Virus record (IMG/VR): IMGVR_UViG_3300046007_007030
Reading direction: 5' to 3' (one strand)
DNA length: 64,000 bases
DNA from: a virus
The notes under the pieces are model-generated. The model was not told where the DNA came from. It saw only the letters and a list, made by a program, of their open reading frames with translations, and made no database searches. The translations under genes were made by a program, and so were the position numbers. Each line of letters opens with the position of its first letter. Position 1 is the first letter of the stretch. Positions 26,313-36,318 of the stretch are shown here, piece by piece.

Positions 26313-29300
26313 TCAAATTTCCTTGTTTGTCTTGAGAGCGTCAATTTCTGCTTTTAGTTCTTTGATGGCTTCTATCAGTAGAGGCACGATCTTTTCGTAC
26401 TGGACTGTCTTATAGTTCTCGCCACTCTTCGAGTATTCATTGCCGTCTTCGTCCACGTCGATATCGAACGGAGCAGGAACAACCACTTGTGGTAATACCG
26501 CCTCGATTTCTTGAGCTATGACACCGACCTGAACTCTCTTATCGGTGTACCCGTATTTCTCGGCTTCTTCATTAGACTGGAAAGTGACGCCTGAGATCTT
26601 ATTTATTTTCTCTAAAGCATCTTCTATAACTCTTATATCTTTCTTGAGCCTCTTATCAGAGAAATAAGCGGTGATGTTGTTCGTAGCACGAATTTCACCG
26701 GTAGTACCTGAAGCGGCCGTGCCGATACCTAGAGAAGTTATCTGAGAGCTACCTACGACGTTAGCGAACCCGGTGATCGTGGTGTTGCCCATCGCAGCTG
26801 TAGTAACGCCTGATAGAGCTCCAGCAATTGCTAAACTAGAACCACCTTGGATTGTAGATGTGACGTTAGCGAAGCCGGTCACAGTGACGTTACCGGTCGC
26901 CAGAGTCGTGATGTCTGAGACGGCTCCTGCCAGAGAAGTCGTACCAGTTACCCTGAGTTTATGAGCAGGCGCAGTATTGCCGATACCGACGTTTCCGCTG
27001 ACATCTATCCTTACTTTTTCACCACCTGCTACTGTTCTAAACACGTGAGTGTTTGCATCTAAGTAGCCTGCTGTGCCTGCAGCACCGAATGGAGCGATAA
27101 CATAATATGCTCCAGACTCCGTGACAGTCATATTCAGACCAGACGCAGAACCAGACTGCAACTGCATGACTACTTGAGATCCAGTCCCAGTATTTGAGTT
27201 TCTTACAGTGTATGCAGTGGACGAGTTCGCGGACCTCTCAACTACGAATGGTGCGGTCGGTGTGTTGTTGCCTATGCCGACGTTACCATTGGCGGCTACG
27301 AAGAATACATTGGCAGTAGAGTTAATAACTCTGAATTCAGCGTTTACAGTAGTATTTGAACCAGAGAATATAGTGTTGCCGCTGAGAGTCAAGTTAGGAG
27401 TCAGTGTAGACGCCCAAGTAGGAGTGCCGGCTCCGGCTGAAGTCAGTAAATGACCTGACGTACCGACCGCTGTCAGAGCGAGAGAGGTCGTATTCGAGAA
27501 GGCGATCGCTCCAGCCGAAGCAGTCAGAGAAGCGTTCGTGCCGCCGTCTGCCAGTGCTACGTCCGTAGATCCAGACCTATAGTAACTAGAGGCCGCGACA
27601 CCTTCGAGGTGCGTGGCATTGACGACGGTAGAGTTGGCGACTATCCTAGTGCCAACATTGTATGAGACTGCGTTGACGACGGTCGAGTTGGCAGTGAATG
27701 CGGTTCCTACAGTGTATGATAATGCGTTAACTGTTCCAGTGGTATACACACCGCTAGCATTTGCCTGAACTGCAGAAGCAATGTTAGCGCTCGTCGTAAC
27801 ATATAGAGTGGCAGTATTAACCTGCCCGGAAACGTTTGCATAAGTCAGCGATGCGCCATTGGCTGTGCCTGAACCTAATATCGATGGGGCTGCCAATGTG
27901 AAACCGGCAAGGTGAGTTGCGTTTATAACAGTCGTATTCGCAACAAGTAATGTTCCAGAATAATATGAAACAGCATTAACAACTGTTGCATTGGCAGTAA
28001 ATGCCGTACCGACTGAGTGTGTGGCAGCGTTAACAATACCAGTATACACGCCGGTAGTATTTGCAATAGTAGAAGTACCGACAGTAAGAGATGCTGCATT
28101 GACACTTGAAGTTGCATTGACAAAACCTGTTACTGTCGTATTGCCAGCCGCCAGCGTCGTGATGTTGGAGACGGCTCCCGCGAGCGAAGTCGTACCATCT
28201 ACTCTGAGCTTGAAAGCAGGTGCAGTGTTACCGATGCCTACATTGCCGGAGAAGTAGTTGTACTGTTCACCGGTTAAATACACGCCGTACTTAGTAGTAG
28301 TCGTTGCACCGAAATGAGCGCCGTAGTACAGATAGCCTGTACCGATAGTCATCGCAGTATTTGATACGATCTGAGTATACGCGGCAAAAGCAGTAGTGAT
28401 ATTTCCGGTGATCGAGTTATTTACGCCTTGAATATCACCCACTATACCGTAAGCTGTAGATATAATACCAGAACCGTAATTTTGAACTACGCCGTATACG
28501 CCACGAGCGACAGATATAGAGTTTGAGCTGGCGCCGTTAGAGTGTTGGTGTACTACGCCTCTAACACCTTCCATTAAGTTAGCTCTAGCGTCTACTCCGC
28601 CGAGTCCGTTGTAGACGGTGCTGTTGTAGCCCAAGTAGTTACTGTTATACGAAGTTAGACCATCGCCGCTCTTATTCTGAGAATTGTTGTACAACAAAGA
28701 ACCAGCGCCATATTTGGTCTGCGCAGCAGTGAGAGCGGCATTAGCATCTGAAGTAGAAGATACGATACCCCAAGTGGTCGCGGTAGCTGAGTGCGCCTTG
28801 ACGACGAACAGTCCTACAGTACTATCCGGCGCATTACCTATACCAACGTTTCCGCTGAACTGACCGTTGCCGGAAACGTTAGAGAATCCAGTGATCGTGG
28901 TGTTACCGGCTGCCAGCGTAGAAGTAGCGTTGATGAAGCCAGTGATCGTGGTGTTACCGGCTGCCAGCGTAGAAGTAGCGTTGATGAAGCCAGTGATCGT
29001 GGTGTTGCCAGTCGCCAGAGTCGTGATGTCAGAGACAGCGCCAGCGAGAGAAGAAGTGCCAGTTACCCTGAGCTTATGAGCCGGTGAAGTGTTGCCGATG
29101 CCGACGTTTCCTGTCGGCGAAATTCTCATGTACTCTGTTGCATCGTCACTCGATTTCCAAGCAAACTGCGCAGAGACTGGCGTCGTCTGAGCCGACCTGT
29201 ATAACATACCCCAGTTAGCATCGGCGTAGATAGAACCGGCCTGATAAGTTCCGCCACCATTCGTAATTGTGATCGATCTCGTAGCGACTAGCGAGCCAGT

Positions 29301-32300
29301 AATAGTGGTGTTACCAGCCGCCAGCGTAGAAGTAGCGTTGACGAACCCGGTGATGGTAGTGTTACCAGCGGCTAGTGTCGTGATGTCTGAGACTGCACCA
29401 GCTAGAGAAGTAGTACCAGTTACACGTAATTTGTGCGCCGGTGAAGTATTACCAATACCGACATTTCCACTAGGATCAATAACGACCGCAGTAACATTTG
29501 CACCACCCGCTGTAGTTACTTTACTAACTACTAATCCACCGACATCAGTACCTCCCCCTCGTGCAGCACCGATCTGCCAATAATCTGAATACCAGCCAAA
29601 TCTTAGGCCTGAAGCTACTCTTTCTGGTGTGTTATTAGTTGCAGCATTATAAGTTGTAGTATTATTGAAGAATGTTTGTATACTTCTTGTATCACCACCA
29701 TCAGCAGGCTGTATATGAAGTTTTTGTGAGGGAGATGCTGTACCTATGCCGACATTACCATTCGATACGAAGTAAGTTCCGGTACCGACCGTGAAAGTAT
29801 TGGTAATAGATGCGTTTGCGTACAGGGCCGAGTTGACGTTGAGGTTGCCCTCTGTCTTGTTGTTCAAGAGCGTGGCGTTAGCAGCAGTGCCCGAGAGGTT
29901 GCCGGACACTGTAGTCGCTACTACGTTGCCGACGAACGCGGTGCTGTTGACGTATACGTTAGCAGTGGAGTTACCGATCAGCAGGACACTGGTGTTGACT
30001 AGGACGTTCGCGCCTACCACGATGTTGGCTGTCGCATTGATGGTAGTAGCATTGACCGTCGTCGCTACCACGTTACCAGTCAAGTTGCCGGTTATGGTGA
30101 CCGCGGCCACGTTGCCAGTCAGGTTGCCAGAGATGGTAGTCGCGGCTACGTTGCCAGTGAGGTTGCCGGAGACTGCCGTGGCCACCACGTTGCCGATGAA
30201 CGCCGTGGAGTTCACCGAGACATTAGAGCCCGTGTTGCCTACCGTGAAGTTTATGTTCGACAGCCAGGTATTGCTAGCGTTGATGTAGGTGAGGGTCGCT
30301 GCCGCTCCATCTACAGTAATGCCAGCACCGTTCGCCGCTGCCGCTGAGGCAGTTCCCTTGGCCAACGTGATATTCAAGTCTTTGACGTCGAGAGTAGCGG
30401 TGTTCAGAGTTACCGTCGTGCCGTTGACGATCAGGTTACCAGTGACCAAGAGGTCTGCCGCGGTGACTTGAGTACCGTTAGCGCTGAAGCCGGCGCCAGT
30501 CTGTAGAGTCGCAGCATTGACAGTAGCAGCGTTGACCAGGCCAGAAGTGTAGATGCCAGAGGCGTTACCGAAGTTACCTGCTGCGCCTAAGTAAGTCGCA
30601 GAGTTGGCGCTGATCGTGTTGATGTAGGCGGCGTTGACGTGAACGCCAGAGGTGTTGACCACGACGCCGGTGCCCTGTGTTACTGACAGGGTTCCAGTGG
30701 TAGTGATCGTGCCGCCCGTGATACCATTGCCAGACGTGATTGAAGTAATTCCACCGTCGTCTGCCGCCCAGTAGACGCCAGTATTGCTCGAGTGCAAGAC
30801 GTGACCGGCCGTGCCAGTAGAGCCGTTGGCTACTAGGGCAGTATTATTGGCGATGGTGACTGCCGTGGCGTTGATGGTGAATTTGCGATCAGAAGCAGTC
30901 GTTCCATTGGCGTGGAAGATGACTTCCTTAGCCGATCTAGTACCGATGGTTAGGTGGCCATTCGAAGAATAGAGATACGCGTCGCCGGCCCCAGCGATAG
31001 AGTAACCGGCTTGATTGTACTGAGACCCGTTGATGCCGAGGTCTACGTAGTCGACTGAGTCATTACCAGTGTCGTTAGTGACTACTAAGTCGGCAGATGC
31101 GTTGTTGCCGGTATTGGAGTTCTGGATGACGGTCTGGACGTATGTGTTGCCATTGGCGTCGATCTCGATGACGGCGTTAGAGCCGAAGTCGAATGATCCT
31201 GGAATACCGATCTGGAGCTTGTTAGTGACGTTGGCGGTGATGGCCGTCAAGTTACCGGATAGCGTGGTAGCCGATACGTTACCAGTGAGGTTGCCTGATA
31301 TGGTGGTAGCTACAACGTTGCCAGTCAAGTTACCTGTGACAGTAGTAGCGACTACATTACCCACGAAAGCGGTGGTGTTGATGATCGTCCTGACGGTTGA
31401 GTTGCCGACCTGGATCGCAGTGGTGTTGATCAACATCGCTGATCCTACCACGATGTTAGCCGTAGCATTGATCGTAGTCGCGGTTACTAGAGTGGCCGAC
31501 ACGTTGCCGGTCAGGTTACCGGTGATAGTAGTAGCAGCGACGTTGCCAGTGAGATTGCCAGAGATGGTGACGGCTGCTACGTTACCAGTGAGGTTACCAG
31601 AGATGGTTGTAGCTACAACGTTGCCAGTCAAGTTACCAGTGATGGCAGTGGCAGCGACATTGCCCGTCACGTTACCAGTGAGATTGCCAGAGATAGTGGT
31701 CGCGGCTACGTTGCCCGTGAGATTACCATAGAAGTTAGTAGCGTACACTCCTCCTGAGTTGACAGTAGTGGTGCTGACGACTAGCCTCGTCGTGAAGAAG
31801 TTGTTCGCGCCAGTGAAGTTCAGGTTGCCAGAGAGTATCCTCGAATCGGTGTTCTGGACGTAGTTAGCGGCCGGGACTCCACCTAGGCTAGAAGCTCCTA
31901 GAGTATCGATGTGCGCGGCATTGACGAACACACCGGAAGAGTTCGAAACAATGCCCGTGTTGGCATTTATGAAGGAAGCGTAGTTCGCGGTCAGGGCATT
32001 ATTGACGTTGAGATTGCCCTCTGTCTTGCCGTTGACGTGTGTGGACGTGTTGGCGAAGAGAGAGTTATTGACGTTGAGATTACCCTCTGTCTTACCGTAC
32101 GCAAAAGTCGAGTTGTTGGCGAAGACTGCACTGTTGACGTTCAAGTTACCTTCAGTCTTGCCGTAGGCGAATGTCGAGTTGTTGGCGAAGACTGCACTGT
32201 TGACGCTGAGGTTACTCTCTGTCTTACCGTACGCAAAAGTCGAGTTGTTGGCGTTAGTGGCAGACACCGCCGAGTTGACATTGAGGTTGCCCTCTGTCTT

Positions 32301-33836
32301 GCCGAATGCGTGCGTGGCGTTATTCGAAGTGAGAGTAGCTACGTTGGCCGAGAGGCCGGCAGTGGTCTGGTAGTTAGAGAGGTTACCAGAGAGCTGCGAG
32401 TTAGACACCACGTTGGCTGCGGACACTGACCCGACGAAGCTGGTGTTGTTGGAAGTCCCGGTGAAGAACGTAGAGTTTACAGTCGAGTTGACGGTGCTGT
32501 TGCCGAACGTGACGGTGTTCTGGAACGTATGAGTATTAGTCCAGACGTACTGAGCATTGACATTTACGCTACCACCAAAAGCAGCCGTGTTCCAGTACGC
32601 CTTGGTGCCGTCGGTGAACAGCACCTGACCAGTGGTACCGACTCCGCCATTGGCCGAGATAGCATTTACCGTGAGGGTGTTGTTGACGGTAGCCCCGCCG
32701 CGGACGAGTAGAGCGGCGGCATTGACCAGCGTAGAGTTGGCCGTGAAGCTCGATCCTACTTGGAAAGTCGTGGAGTTGACGACCGTGGAATTAGCCCAGA
32801 ACTGGTTGTCCACTGTGAAAGCAGCGGCATTGACTGTATTACCGACGAAGAGGTTGTTGGCTACCGAGACGCTGTTCGTGGTCTTATTATATGTCAGACC
32901 GGCCGCGCCGTTGGCTAATCCGGAGTCATTGAAAGTGACGTCGGTGTTAGTTCCCGGAGGCGCGGTGATGATATTGCTGATGGGTGTGATGTTTACGATG
33001 GCCGACGGCACTTCTGGCGCGAACGCTGTATTCGCGACGTACACCATCGTGACCGAGCTGTTCGCACTCGTAGCCCACATGATCTGGAACTTATCGCCGG
33101 CATTCGCGTTGTCGATGAGAGAAGTTACTGTGACGATAAAGCCGTTGCTGGCACCACTGACAGGATAGACGCCGAAGTCAGTACCGCTCTCAGGTACGTC
33201 CGTTCCATTCTTCCTGAGCCAGACCCAGACTGTCTCGTTCTTGTTAGAAGAGCTCGAGAACTGGAGACTGTAGCTGATTTGATAGACGCCGGCGTATGCT
33301 ACCTGCAGTTCATCGTTGGCCGTCCTAGTCAGCCCGTTACTGAGAAACGTATTCGCGAGCTTCGTGACAGTTGCGGTATTGGAACCGCCGGTTGCATACT
33401 GGTCAGACAGGTCATAGAAAGAACCGTAGTAGCCGGTCGTGTAGACGACATTCGCTACAGGTGGGTTCTGGTTGACCCACTTACTCAGCGTAGAATTGTA
33501 GGTGAGGACCTGCGTATCAGTGGCGCCATTGGCTGCCACGTCGGCGAGATCTTTGATGATCTGTTCTTTCCAGTACGCCCTGGAGCCATTAGAGGTCAGT
33601 ACCTGATTGTTGGTGCCGACTCCACCATTTGCCGACACTGCATTGACCGTGAGAGTGCCTGTAATTCGAGCATTCGTATTGTTAGCGCCGATCTCGAACA
33701 CGGTCGCGCCATTCGTGGAATACAGGATCCCATCGGTCATGTTCAGGGCTAGCTCGCCCGGATTCGGCAGTGTGGTGGAGTTAGCTGCGCGTCCGGATAC
33801 GGATGTGCGCTTAACCTGGATCAGGTTATTGGCCAT
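26313..33836 (-). CDS. long tail fibre protein (2507 aa) with C-terminal intramolecular chaperone (peptidase S74)
   Basis: FSDKRLKKDI...GVIAQEIEAVLP...VQYEKIVPLLIEAIKEL; repeated GNVGIGNTxP modules; N-terminal IQVKR...GELALN domain. Confidence 0.9.
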   Translation of the reverse strand: MANNLIQVKRTSVSGRAANSTTLPNPGELALNMTDGILYSTNGATVFEIGANNTNARITGTLTVNAVSANGGVGTNNQVLTSNGSRAYWKEQIIKDLADVAANGATDTQVLTYNSTLSKWVNQNPPVANVVYTTGYYGSFYDLSDQYATGGSNTATVTKLANTFLSNGLTRTANDELQVAYAGVYQISYSLQFSSSSNKNETVWVWLRKNGTDVPESGTDFGVYPVSGASNGFIVTVTSLIDNANAGDKFQIMWATSANSSVTMVYVANTAFAPEVPSAIVNITPISNIITAPPGTNTDVTFNDSGLANGAAGLTYNKTTNSVSVANNLFVGNTVNAAAFTVDNQFWANSTVVNSTTFQVGSSFTANSTLVNAAALLVRGGATVNNTLTVNAISANGGVGTTGQVLFTDGTKAYWNTAAFGGSVNVNAQYVWTNTHTFQNTVTFGNSTVNSTVNSTFFTGTSNNTSFVGSVSAANVVSNSQLSGNLSNYQTTAGLSANVATLTSNNATHAFGKTEGNLNVNSAVSATNANNSTFAYGKTESNLSVNSAVFANNSTFAYGKTEGNLNVNSAVFANNSTFAYGKTEGNLNVNNSLFANTSTHVNGKTEGNLNVNNALTANYASFINANTGIVSNSSGVFVNAAHIDTLGASSLGGVPAANYVQNTDSRILSGNLNFTGANNFFTTRLVVSTTTVNSGGVYATNFYGNLTGNVAATTISGNLTGNVTGNVAATAITGNLTGNVVATTISGNLTGNVAAVTISGNLTGNVAATTITGNLTGNVSATLVTATTINATANIVVGSAMLINTTAIQVGNSTVRTIINTTAFVGNVVATTVTGNLTGNVVATTISGNLTGNVSATTLSGNLTAITANVTNKLQIGIPGSFDFGSNAVIEIDANGNTYVQTVIQNSNTGNNASADLVVTNDTGNDSVDYVDLGINGSQYNQAGYSIAGAGDAYLYSSNGHLTIGTRSAKEVIFHANGTTASDRKFTINATAVTIANNTALVANGSTGTAGHVLHSSNTGVYWAADDGGITSITSGNGITGGTITTTGTLSVTQGTGVVVNTSGVHVNAAYINTISANSATYLGAAGNFGNASGIYTSGLVNAATVNAATLQTGAGFSANGTQVTAADLLVTGNLIVNGTTVTLNTATLDVKDLNITLAKGTASAAAANGAGITVDGAAATLTYINASNTWLSNINFTVGNTGSNVSVNSTAFIGNVVATAVSGNLTGNVAATTISGNLTGNVAAVTITGNLTGNVVATTVNATTINATANIVVGANVLVNTSVLLIGNSTANVYVNSTAFVGNVVATTVSGNLSGTAANATLLNNKTEGNLNVNSALYANASITNTFTVGTGTYFVSNGNVGIGTASPSQKLHIQPADGGDTRSIQTFFNNTTTYNAATNNTPERVASGLRFGWYSDYWQIGAARGGGTDVGGLVVSKVTTAGGANVTAVVIDPSGNVGIGNTSPAHKLRVTGTTSLAGAVSDITTLAAGNTTITGFVNATSTLAAGNTTITGSLVATRSITITNGGGTYQAGSIYADANWGMLYRSAQTTPVSAQFAWKSSDDATEYMRISPTGNVGIGNTSPAHKLRVTGTSSLAGAVSDITTLATGNTTITGFINATSTLAAGNTTITGFINATSTLAAGNTTITGFSNVSGNGQFSGNVGIGNAPDSTVGLFVVKAHSATATTWGIVSSTSDANAALTAAQTKYGAGSLLYNNSQNKSGDGLTSYNSNYLGYNSTVYNGLGGVDARANLMEGVRGVVHQHSNGASSNSISVARGVYGVVQNYGSGIISTAYGIVGDIQGVNNSITGNITTAFAAYTQIVSNTAMTIGTGYLYYGAHFGATTTTKYGVYLTGEQYNYFSGNVGIGNTAPAFKLRVDGTTSLAGAVSNITTLAAGNTTVTGFVNATSSVNAASLTVGTSTIANTTGVYTGIVNAATHSVGTAFTANATVVNAVSYYSGTLLVANTTVINATHLAGFTLAAPSILGSGTANGASLTYANVSGQVNTATLYVTTSANIASAVQANASGVYTTGTVNALSYTVGTAFTANSTVVNAVSYNVGTRIVANSTVVNATHLEGVAASSYYRSGSTDVALADGGTNASLTASAGAIAFSNTTSLALTAVGTSGHLLTSAGAGTPTWASTLTPNLTLSGNTIFSGSNTTVNAEFRVINSTANVFFVAANGNVGIGNNTPTAPFVVERSANSSTAYTVRNSNTGTGSQVVMQLQSGSASGLNMTVTESGAYYVIAPFGAAGTAGYLDANTHVFRTVAGGEKVRIDVSGNVGIGNTAPAHKLRVTGTTSLAGAVSDITTLATGNVTVTGFANVTSTIQGGSSLAIAGALSGVTTAAMGNTTITGFANVVGSSQITSLGIGTAASGTTGEIRATNNITAYFSDKRLKKDIRVIEDALEKINKISGVTFQSNEEAEKYGYTDKRVQVGVIAQEIEAVLPQVVVPAPFDIDVDEDGNEYSKSGENYKTVQYEKIVPLLIEAIKELKAEIDALKTNKEI
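28888..29006. repeat. exact 51-bp tandem repeat, about 2.3 copies
   Basis: ccagtgatcgtggtgttaccggctgccagcgtagaagtagcgttgatgaag at 28888 and 28939, partial copy at 28990; encodes the 17-aa unit TTITGFINATSTLAAGN. Confidence 0.95.
31245..31730. repeat. degenerate 39-bp repeats encoding GNLTGNV(A/V)ATTI(S/T); further copies near 30060-30200
   Basis: Seen in the translation and as repeated gttgccagt(c/g)a(g/a)gtt.cc on the plus strand. Confidence 0.85.
31995..32310. repeat. degenerate 66-bp repeats encoding NNSTFAYGKTEGNLNVNSAVFA
   Basis: Five GKTE(G/S)NL(N/S)VN units in tandem; single copies near 29840 and in the 497-aa fibre near 35720. Confidence 0.85.
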
Positions 33837-33867
33837 TTGGCAACCTCAATTAGCCGTATGTACGGCA

Positions 33868-34074
33868 TTAGAATTTAGATTCGATGTCTTCTTCTTCAGA
33901 CTCGGGCTTATCTAAGCTCGAGGCTTCTAATTCTTTTACTCTCTCGATCAGCTTCTTGTTGGCCGCCTCGAGAAGGTCGATCTGCGTCTTCATCATCAGT
34001 CTCAGCTTAGTCATTTCTACGACTTCAGCCAAGACGTTTTCTACGTATGTATTGAAGAACTCATTGTTGTTCAT
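33868..34074 (-). CDS. small coiled-coil hypothetical protein
   Basis: 68 aa with heptad pattern and acidic tail; in the fibre cluster. Confidence 0.65.
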   Translation of the reverse strand: MNNNEFFNTYVENVLAEVVEMTKLRLMMKTQIDLLEAANKKLIERVKELEASSLDKPESEEEDIESKF

Positions 34075-34076
34075 GC

Positions 34077-34793
34077 TTATTCACCCTTATGATCTATTGA
34101 TTTCTTGATGTTCTTGTGGTCTGTACCAAAGATAGCGGCTATCTTTCTATATGATAGTCCCTGACTCTTTAGTTCTAGATATTTATCTCTTGGCTGCGAG
34201 TTAGCCCATTCTACATGAATCTGATATGGACCCGGAGCGAAGTACTCTCCACACGTTTCACATTTATGAGTTTTATGTCTACTTCGATCTGCTATCTTAG
34301 ATCTGGCTTCCTCGGTGTGCTTGTAGCCGACATTGATCTTAGAGATCTCTGAGCGTCTCTCAGGAGTCATCTGGATAGAGACGCTGGCAGAGATCTTCTT
34401 CTTGGTTTCTTCGGATACTACTCTACCTTTAGACCACTGACCCCAGTTTGGATTGGATCGATGAGACAGAGAGATCTTTTCACCCACGGTCAACCTAGAT
34501 GATTCATCGCTAGACCAATGCCCAAAACGATAATTATGTATATTGTAGTATCGAACACCTTTTAATTCTTCTGGCTTCATCATCTGCAACCAGCGGTGCT
34601 CTATCTCATTACTTTTACTTCTATCGTCATATCTCTCAAGGATCTTTCTTTTGAAATCCTGAGGTCTTTTTTTATAAGCTTGAAGCATCCAGGTTGATGA
34701 ACAGATATATCCGTCATTTTCATCCCCCCAATGACATCCAATGTAGTATCTCTTGTGCTTCTTATCCATCCAAATGTAAATGAAACCAGACAT
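34077..34793 (-). mobile_element. freestanding GIY-YIG (Seg-like) homing endonuclease with NUMOD3 repeats, CxxC and C-terminal HTH
   Basis: GFIYIW...YYIGCHWG...DGYICSS; SEETKKKIS, HTEEARSKI; GLSYRKIAAIFG; low GC. Confidence 0.85.
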
Positions 34794-34812
34794 GAATAGC
34801 TCCTTTTGGAAC

Positions 34813-34820
34813 TATTTATA
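34813..34820 (-). promoter_or_regulatory. T4-type late promoter TATAAATA of the homing endonuclease
   Basis: Exact match followed by AAGGAG SD and ATG 34793. Confidence 0.85.
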
Positions 34821-34824
34821 CAAA

Positions 34825-36318
34825 CTAGAAAGTGCCTCCGTCCAGCGATCCCCAATACGGGGCGACAGAAGAGGAGTTTACCTGTAGTATATACCCGTCA
34901 GTACCGAGACCTAGTTTGCTCAAGGCAGAACCGGTGTTGTAGTAGAGCATGTCGCCCTGAGTGTAAGTAGTCTGCCCCGTACCACCTGAGTTGCTGTTAA
35001 GCGCGGTAGTCAGAGTCATGCCATTTGCAGTGATCTGCGAAGAGACCGTGGAGTTGGCCGTTATATTGACGGCGGTGCTGTTGGCTACGAACGCACCGGC
35101 CTTGAGATATGCCTGTAAGGTGTTCCAAGTGTAGCTAGGATCGTTCGTATTGACCGTGCCACTCGGCTCGGCGTCAGTGTGGAATAGCTTCCAGATGCCG
35201 GAGTCTGCCTGATCACGGAATAGACCGGCCCAAGAAGTGACTGAAGAGTTGCCGTACTGACCGTAGAAGCCGATGGAGAGAGCGTCAGCAGTAGTCTGCT
35301 GATCCGCCAGCTTGATCATCGAGTCCTTGACCTGCAGGTTCACGGTGTCTACCGTGGTCAGAGTGCCTTGGACGGTCAGGTTACCAGATAGGGTAGCGTC
35401 TACCGCGCTGATAGTCGTAGAGTTGACCGTGACACTTCCGACCGCGAGCCCGTCTGGCGTCAGGTTGGCCGACTTACTGGTGTTGGCGATCGTGATGATC
35501 TGAGAGTTGACCGTCAGATTCGACGTCGTATTACCGGTGTACAGAGTCGTGGTGTTGACGACTAAGTTGGCTCCGACTTTGATACCAGAACTAAAGAAGT
35601 TGTTGGTGCCAGTGAACTCTAGATTGCCAGAGAGGACGCGGCTGTCAGTGTTCTGAACGTACTTGTTGGCCAGAGTTCCGCCGAGGTACGTCGAGTCATT
35701 CGCGGTCAGAGCGTTGTTGACGTTGAGGTTGCCCTCTGTCTTGCCATTGACGTGAGTAGAGCTATTGGCCAGATACGCGGTGCCGGTGTAGGCAGTAGAG
35801 TTGAGAGAGAAAGTGCCACCGAAGTAGAGACCGCTGCTATTGACCTGAGCATTTGCAGAGCCATTACCTACGATTAGCGTATTGCTGATCGTGACGTTGT
35901 TGGTAGTCTTATTGAATGTGAAGCCGGCAGTGGCGTTGAGGAATCCAGAGTCATTGAACTGGATCTGCGTATTCGAACCAGTGACGCTGTCAGGTGGCGT
36001 GTACCAGAATGCGTTAGCACCAGAGCCACCGGATGCGAGGAGCTGATTAGCGGAGCCGAAGCCGCCGTTAGCATAGACCTTAGTAGGAACCAGATTCGCT
36101 ACTCGGATCTCATCGATAGCAGCAGAGGCATTGACCACGAGCGCCTGGTTGGCGGTCAGGGTACCAGGATTACGAGCACCGGCGATGGCCTTGAGCTGGC
36201 CGTTCGAGCCGATGTACAGCACGTCTCCATTGGCGGTGTAGGCCAATTCACCGTTGGCTAATGAGCCAGGATTAGCTGTATTCAGCGATCGCTTGATCTG
36301 GATTAAGTTATTGGCCAT
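34825..36318 (-). CDS. tail fibre / fibre connector protein (497 aa)
   Basis: N-terminus paralogous to the 2507-aa fibre; shared internal blocks; C-terminal LDGGTF. Confidence 0.75.
   Translation of the reverse strand: MANNLIQIKRSLNTANPGSLANGELAYTANGDVLYIGSNGQLKAIAGARNPGTLTANQALVVNASAAIDEIRVANLVPTKVYANGGFGSANQLLASGGSGANAFWYTPPDSVTGSNTQIQFNDSGFLNATAGFTFNKTTNNVTISNTLIVGNGSANAQVNSSGLYFGGTFSLNSTAYTGTAYLANSSTHVNGKTEGNLNVNNALTANDSTYLGGTLANKYVQNTDSRVLSGNLEFTGTNNFFSSGIKVGANLVVNTTTLYTGNTTSNLTVNSQIITIANTSKSANLTPDGLAVGSVTVNSTTISAVDATLSGNLTVQGTLTTVDTVNLQVKDSMIKLADQQTTADALSIGFYGQYGNSSVTSWAGLFRDQADSGIWKLFHTDAEPSGTVNTNDPSYTWNTLQAYLKAGAFVANSTAVNITANSTVSSQITANGMTLTTALNSNSGGTGQTTYTQGDMLYYNTGSALSKLGLGTDGYILQVNSSSVAPYWGSLDGGTF

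Noticed and set aside
28888-32310. CRISPR-like array
   Set aside because: The repeats are in-frame coding repeats with lengths that are multiples of 3 and no unique spacers of constant length; no cas genes.
33853-33866. Hairpin GCCGT-ACAT-ACGGC upstream of the 2507-aa fibre SD as a terminator
   Set aside because: Short stem with no U tract; it may be a processing or translation element but the evidence is insufficient.
26313-36318. Diversity-generating retroelement, suggested by Mtd-like N-terminal domains and repeats
   Set aside because: No reverse transcriptase in the window, and no repeat pair differing only at adenines was seen; the repeats differ mainly at synonymous sites.
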